Source of the DNA: Macrostomum lignano
Lineage: Eukaryota
Direction of reading: 5' to 3'
Length of the DNA stretch: 64,000 nucleotides
Assembly (NCBI GenBank): GCA_002269645.1
Contig: NIVC01001181.1
Location: 186,001-250,000 of the forward strand
Positions within the stretch are counted from its first letter, which is position 1, and each line of letters starts with the position of its first letter. Shown one piece after another: positions 57,796 to 64,000 of the stretch. The position numbers were made by a program, and so were the translations under genes. The notes below the pieces were generated by a model. That model ran no database searches. It was not told where the DNA came from and worked only from the letters and a program-made list of their open reading frames with translations.

Positions 57796-58370
57796 CTTCA
57801 AGCACCTGTCAAACCGTTCTCTAGCCTTTTCAACGCCGTAAAGACTCAAATCTCGGACACCCATGGCAAACCACACGCCAGTTGGATCCAAATTGCATTT
57901 AGTTGACACCTGCAATGCCAAGTCCAACCGTTCATGCCGAACCAATCGATCTCGAAGCAATTGCAAAGTACGCTGATTATTCAAGGTAGACAATTTTGGT
58001 AGATCGTGATAATTGTGCCGAACTAGAAGCGACATGAGCTCCACCTGGCTCAGGTAGAGTTCGCATAGTTCCACGCCGCCCTGATTATTGGCCGTAGTGC
58101 AAGCAACTTTGGCGTGAAATAGCAGCGACCTGATCGTGTCCAACAATAGGGGATAGTCCACTTCGGGATTCGGGGTGCCAGATCGGTCAACTGGGCTCAG
58201 GTAAGCTGACAGCTGGTCGCACAATTGCAACAGGTGCTCGGCTGGTTCCGTGTGCATTTCGAGTAGAGCAATGGCTAAACTGGCGCTGGGGCTTTGCTCG
58301 TAGTAGAAATCTTCTCTTAGACTGTCGTTAAGATCTTCGTTGTCTGGCGACAGAGTCCACTGGCTGCGAT
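57796..58370 (-). CDS. ZFYVE26: ZFYVE26/spastizin exon following the FYVE domain (WTLSPDNEDLNDSLREDFYYEQSPSASLAIALL...NPEVD...ARERFDRCLK)
   Basis: Matches human WILD...VRSEFYYEQAPSASLCIAIL...NPEVDAGLL...STKTGLD...AREKFSRCLK. Acceptor ccccag and donor GTAAGT. Confidence 0.92.
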
Positions 58371-58572
58371 CTGGGGTGTGTGTAAGGTTAAGTTTTTGGA
58401 TATTTTTTAAATAGGGAATTTAGCATCGATTAGGGAGTAATGCAGCGATTGTAATATGACTTATGCTTGTATATGATTTCTATTTTTATAGTTAGAGGCA
58501 TTACTTGCCCATTCCGAAGACTCCCCTGAGCAGGCAAACAAGCGCGCGGATACGTACGCAGTCATACGCACA

Positions 58573-58881
58573 GTGGGTTATAGTCTAGCCTAGTGGTTAA
58601 AGCGTCGGACTCACGACTGAAAGGTCTGGAGTTCGACTCTCGACTCACTCGGAACAATTTTTACCCTTGAGCAAGACACTTAACTCTGCATTGCTTCAGT
58701 TCACCCAGCTGTAAAATGGGTGCCAGCATTAGCTGGGGTAATTGAGGGTGTGTGGCGACCCCCCAGTCCTTGGACTGAACAGCCGTACGCAGCCTTCAGA
58801 TGCGCCGCGCAATAGCTGCGGCTGAGCTGTCGGTTGCACATCTCCCATTAGGCCAGGCGTAATGAATTATTATTATTATTA
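58573..58881 (+). mobile_element. tRNA-derived SINE with a CORE-like central domain and (ATT)n tail
   Basis: A box TAGCCTAGTGG at 58586 and B box GAGTTCGACTC at 58629. Positions 58664-58720 read CCTTGAGCAAGACACTTAACTCTGCATTGCTTCAGTTCACCCAGCTGTAAAATGGG, similar to the MIR CORE as recalled (CCTTGGGCAAGTTACTTAACCTCTCTGTGCCTCAGTTTCCTCATCTGTAAAATGGG). The tail lies at 58866-58881. Confidence 0.8.
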
Positions 58882-59110
58882 TCATCCTACGTAAGGCACA
58901 CACTAACACAGGAGTGTACAACATCCCTAACTTTATTTATCGTTGGGCATGTACACTTCACTGTGCCTTGGGGTCAAGATAATCGCACGAGCAGAGCCAA
59001 GCCGAGATTCCAATTTAATCCCAAATTAATGTGACTGCACTGCACTTGGAATCGAGCCTGGGCCGCTGGCGCATCAGGGCGCCGCTTTAGACCACTAAGC
59101 TACAGTCGCC
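58882..59110 (-). mobile_element. Second tRNA-derived SINE-like element, tail-to-tail with the first
   Basis: Minus-strand head GGCGACTGTAGCTTAGTGGTCTAAAGCGGCG...CCCAGGCTCGATTCCAAG with A box at 59092-59102 and B box at 59048-59058. It does not form a clean tRNA cloverleaf. The 3' extent is approximate. Confidence 0.65.
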
Positions 59111-59574
59111 TAAGCTACAGTAGCTACAGTAAGCTACAGATAAGTCGATGTTTATGGGATGGCATGGACTTATTTTTGGATTAATTTGATTTTATGATAC
59201 GCTCGTACTTGCCGAACTGTCATGAGATTTCTGTTAGGATTTTAACTTTCATGAAATATTTGGTGGGATTTTCTGATTTCCCTCCAACGTACAATCTAGC
59301 CCAGAATCACGCAGACAAAAACGCACTCACGGCTGATCCAATCAACTTTAAAAAAGCAAAATATTAATCGAAAAAACTGTATGTCTAAAAATATCTGGGG
59401 CCAGTTAAACAGTGCATCGAAAAAATGCATTAGGGAAATTAAAAAAAAGCTGAGCCAACTCGGGAATATGGGTAATCCAGACATCTCAGTGCCAGTAACA
59501 TTTGTGAGCTTTCTATAGCTAAGCCGTTGCAAAACAGCTCGAAGAAAATAGATAGAGCCTATGAATAAAATCTC

Positions 59575-60232
59575 ATCATGAGATCCAAAATAAGACTAAG
59601 ATCTCCAATAAACAGTCGAGATCTCACTATGAGATCCAGAATGAGATCAAGATCTCACGCAACACAGTCGGGATCTCCCTATGAGATCCATAATAAGATG
59701 AAGAACTCAAACAACACAGTCGAAATCTCACTGTAAGATCCAGAATGAGATGAAGATCTCAAACAAAACATTCAAGATCTCACTATGAGATCCAGAATGA
59801 GATTAAGATCTCAAACAAAACATTCAAGATCTCACTATGAGATCCAGAATGAGATGAAGATCTCAAACAACACAGTCGAAATCTCACTTTAAGATCCAGA
59901 ATGAGATGAAGATCTCAAACAAAACATTCAAGATCTCACTATGAGATCCAGAATGAGATGAAGATCTCAAACAACACAGTCGAAATCTCACTTTAAGATC
60001 CAGAATGAGATGAAGATCTCAAACAAAACATTCAAGATCTCACTATGAGATCCAGAATGAGATTAGGATCTCAAATAACACAGTTGAAATCTCACTGTAA
60101 GATCCAGAATGAGATGAAGATCTCAAACAAAACATTCAAGATCTCACTATGAGATCCAGAATGAGATGAAGATCTCAAACAGAAAATTCAAAATCTCACT
60201 ATGAGATCCAGAATGAGATTAAGCTCTCAAGC
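59575..60232. repeat. 52-bp palindrome-rich minisatellite GAGATCCAGAATGAGATGAAGATCTCAAACAAAACATTCAAGATCTCACTAT
   Basis: About 12 copies. Confidence 0.94.
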
Positions 60233-60926
60233 AAAAGTTGCAAGAAATGAAACTTCCTAATTAGCGGCTACATTTCTTATACATAATCCATTAGTCAAAA
60301 GGTAGTTAGTAGCAATAAGCTAATTAAGAAAAATGAGAGCTTCAAAAACAAAAGATAAAGCAGAACTAGCTCGGTCTAATGCTCAAAGCTCCAATCCCCA
60401 ATGCAGTCTAGGATATAGGATACTCTGTAATCCACTACCTAGTAGTAGCACCTGCCAAGCCCCGCTAATAAAGCCGACACACAAAGGCGAGAGACGCACA
60501 CAGAGGACTGGATGGTGGTGTGCAGAGTTGTATCTTATTACTCTATAACACCTTGATCTGAGAGACATCGGCCCAATACACCTCTCTCATCCTTTGCTTT
60601 TATCTAGCTCAGATCTTCATCAGTGCCTATTTTTGAGAGGGGAAAATTGATGAACAGAGGCAAAACCTGAAAATCAATTTGGACGATGTGAAGTCGGTTT
60701 TTGTCACACCCCTTGCCATTGAGATCCTGTTCCTGTTCGACAAAGAGATTTCTTTTGCCGCTAATAAAAATTTTGCTAGGATTGCTGCAAGGGTTCGAAA
60801 GCAGTGGAGTTAATTAAAAAAAGATAATAAACATTGCCTGCCTTGAAGTCTTGGGTACCGTAGGCACCCAGTTCAGAGAGTCCTACAAAATAGCTAATGA
60901 GGGTTGAGATAGAGGATAGCCACTGG

Positions 60927-61842
60927 CAGGTGCCTACCTGATAGCTGGTTAGGGCTCAGGTGCCTACCTGATAGCTGGTTAGGGGTCAGGTGCCTACCTG
61001 ATAGCTGGTTAGGGGTCAGGTGCCTACCTGATAGCTGGTTAGGGGTCAGGTGCCTACCTGATAGCTGACTAGGGGTCAGGTGTCTACCTGATAGCTGACT
61101 AGGGGTCAGGTGTCTACCTGATAGCTGACTAGGGGTCAGGTGCCTACCTGATAGCTGACTAGGGCTCAGGTGCCTACCTGATAGCTGACTAGGGCTCAGG
61201 TGCCTACCTGATAGCTGACTAGGGCTCAGGTGTCTACCTGATAGCTGACTAGGGGTCAGGTGTCTACCTGATAGCTGACTAGGGGTCAGGTGTCTACCTG
61301 ATAGCTGACTAGGGGTCAGGTGTCTACCTGATAGCTGACTAGGGCTCAGGTGCCTACCTGATAGCTGACTAGGGGTCAGGTGCCTACCTGATAGCTGACT
61401 AGGGCTCAGGTGCCTACCTGATAGCTGACTAGGGCTCAGGTGCCTACCTGATAGCTGACTAGGGGTCAGGTGTCTACCTGATAGCTGACTAGGGCTCAGG
61501 TGCCTACCTGATAGCTGGTTAGGGGTCAGGTGTCTACCTGATAGCTGACTAGGGGTCAGGTGTCTACCTGATAGCTGACTAGGGCTCAGGTGCCTACCTG
61601 ATAGCTGACTAGGGGTCAGGTGCCTACCTGATAGCTGACTAGGGGTCAGGTGCCTACCTAATAGCTGACTAGGGGTCAGGTGTCTACCTGATAGCTGACT
61701 AGGGGTCAGGTGTCTACCTGATAGCTGACTAGGGGTCAGGTGTCTACCTGATAGCTGACTAGGGCTCAGGTGCCTACCTGATAGCTGACTAGGGGTCAGG
61801 TGCCTACCTGATAGCTGACTAGGGGTCAGGTGCCTACCTGAC
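60927..61842. repeat. 30-bp minisatellite CAGGTGCCTACCTGATAGCTGACTAGGGGT
   Basis: About 30 copies. Confidence 0.97.
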
Positions 61843-62332
61843 TTTTATTCCTTCTAGGCACAGCAAAAGTGCAGATATGTACTAAAAACGTATACGTAGC
61901 TTGTATCAGACATCTCACAGTTTAACAAGAATTTACTTTCTAAACAAATTTAACTTTACGACTTACACCGAAAATTTGAAAATTTATTATTATTACCTTT
62001 CCTATTGCGCAGAGAGTTTGTGTTTAGCTACAGAAAAGCAGCTGAGCTTAAATTTAATGCTAGAAATTCAGTTGAATGCACAAGACAGCCACTGTTCCTA
62101 GAGGCTGTAAAAGAAAAATCCTTTTTTGGGCAAATACTTGGGCTACGGCAAGCCTGGCGTAACGCCTTCGGCGACATCGCTTCAAAACCTGCGCTGATGG
62201 CAATTCTGCACATTCCGCAGACCCCTGAGCACAAATAAGCACGCCAATACTGTACGCAGGCACGCACTCATACAGGGTTTGTTTCTTACAGCTCACAGAC
62301 CTGCTGACTGAGAAAATCTGTCCTGTTCGTCG

Positions 62333-64000
<1,668 letters not shown>

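Noticed and set aside
59030-59110. Possible tRNA gene on the minus strand
   Set aside because: It has A/B boxes but poor acceptor and anticodon stems and continues into a body sequence, so it is treated as a SINE head.
18533-61842. Regular repeats as possible CRISPR arrays
   Set aside because: They are head-to-tail tandem units without unique spacers, in a eukaryotic context with no cas genes.
62028-62296. Cys-rich minus-strand ORFs as a candidate FYVE exon of ZFYVE26
   Set aside because: There is no R(R/K)HHCR motif, and the segment overlaps a dispersed repeat also found at 24214.

Overview
Repeat-rich, intron-containing animal DNA. The many GT-AG exons and abundant intronic mini/microsatellites resemble the flatworm Macrostomum, but the species is only an inference. 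Three genes are supported. (1) The 3' part of a TRIM9/TRIM67-like E3 ligase on + has 7 phase-compatible exons (23925-39679: coiled coil, COS, FN3, SPRY). (2) The 3' part of ZFYVE26/spastizin on - has 5 exons (58370-43864) and converges tail-to-tail with the TRIM gene. (3) A class A GPCR with atypical motifs is nested antisense in a ZFYVE26 intron. The first 11.4 kb is a tandem array of a ~1.37-1.66 kb unit interrupted by large (GATA)n tracts. Every unit carries a minimal type I hammerhead ribozyme motif on the minus strand (six copies), suggesting a Penelope-like or retrozyme-like self-cleaving array. Other features are a Tc1/IS630-like relic with 65-bp TIRs, two tail-to-tail tRNA-derived SINEs (one with a CORE-like domain), about 20 different minisatellites placed close to splice sites, and one ZFYVE26 exon bracketed by inverted arrays of the same 28-bp minisatellite. 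Most long ORFs in the supplied track are repeat artefacts. All protein and repeat-family assignments come from remembered family motifs, not from database searches.
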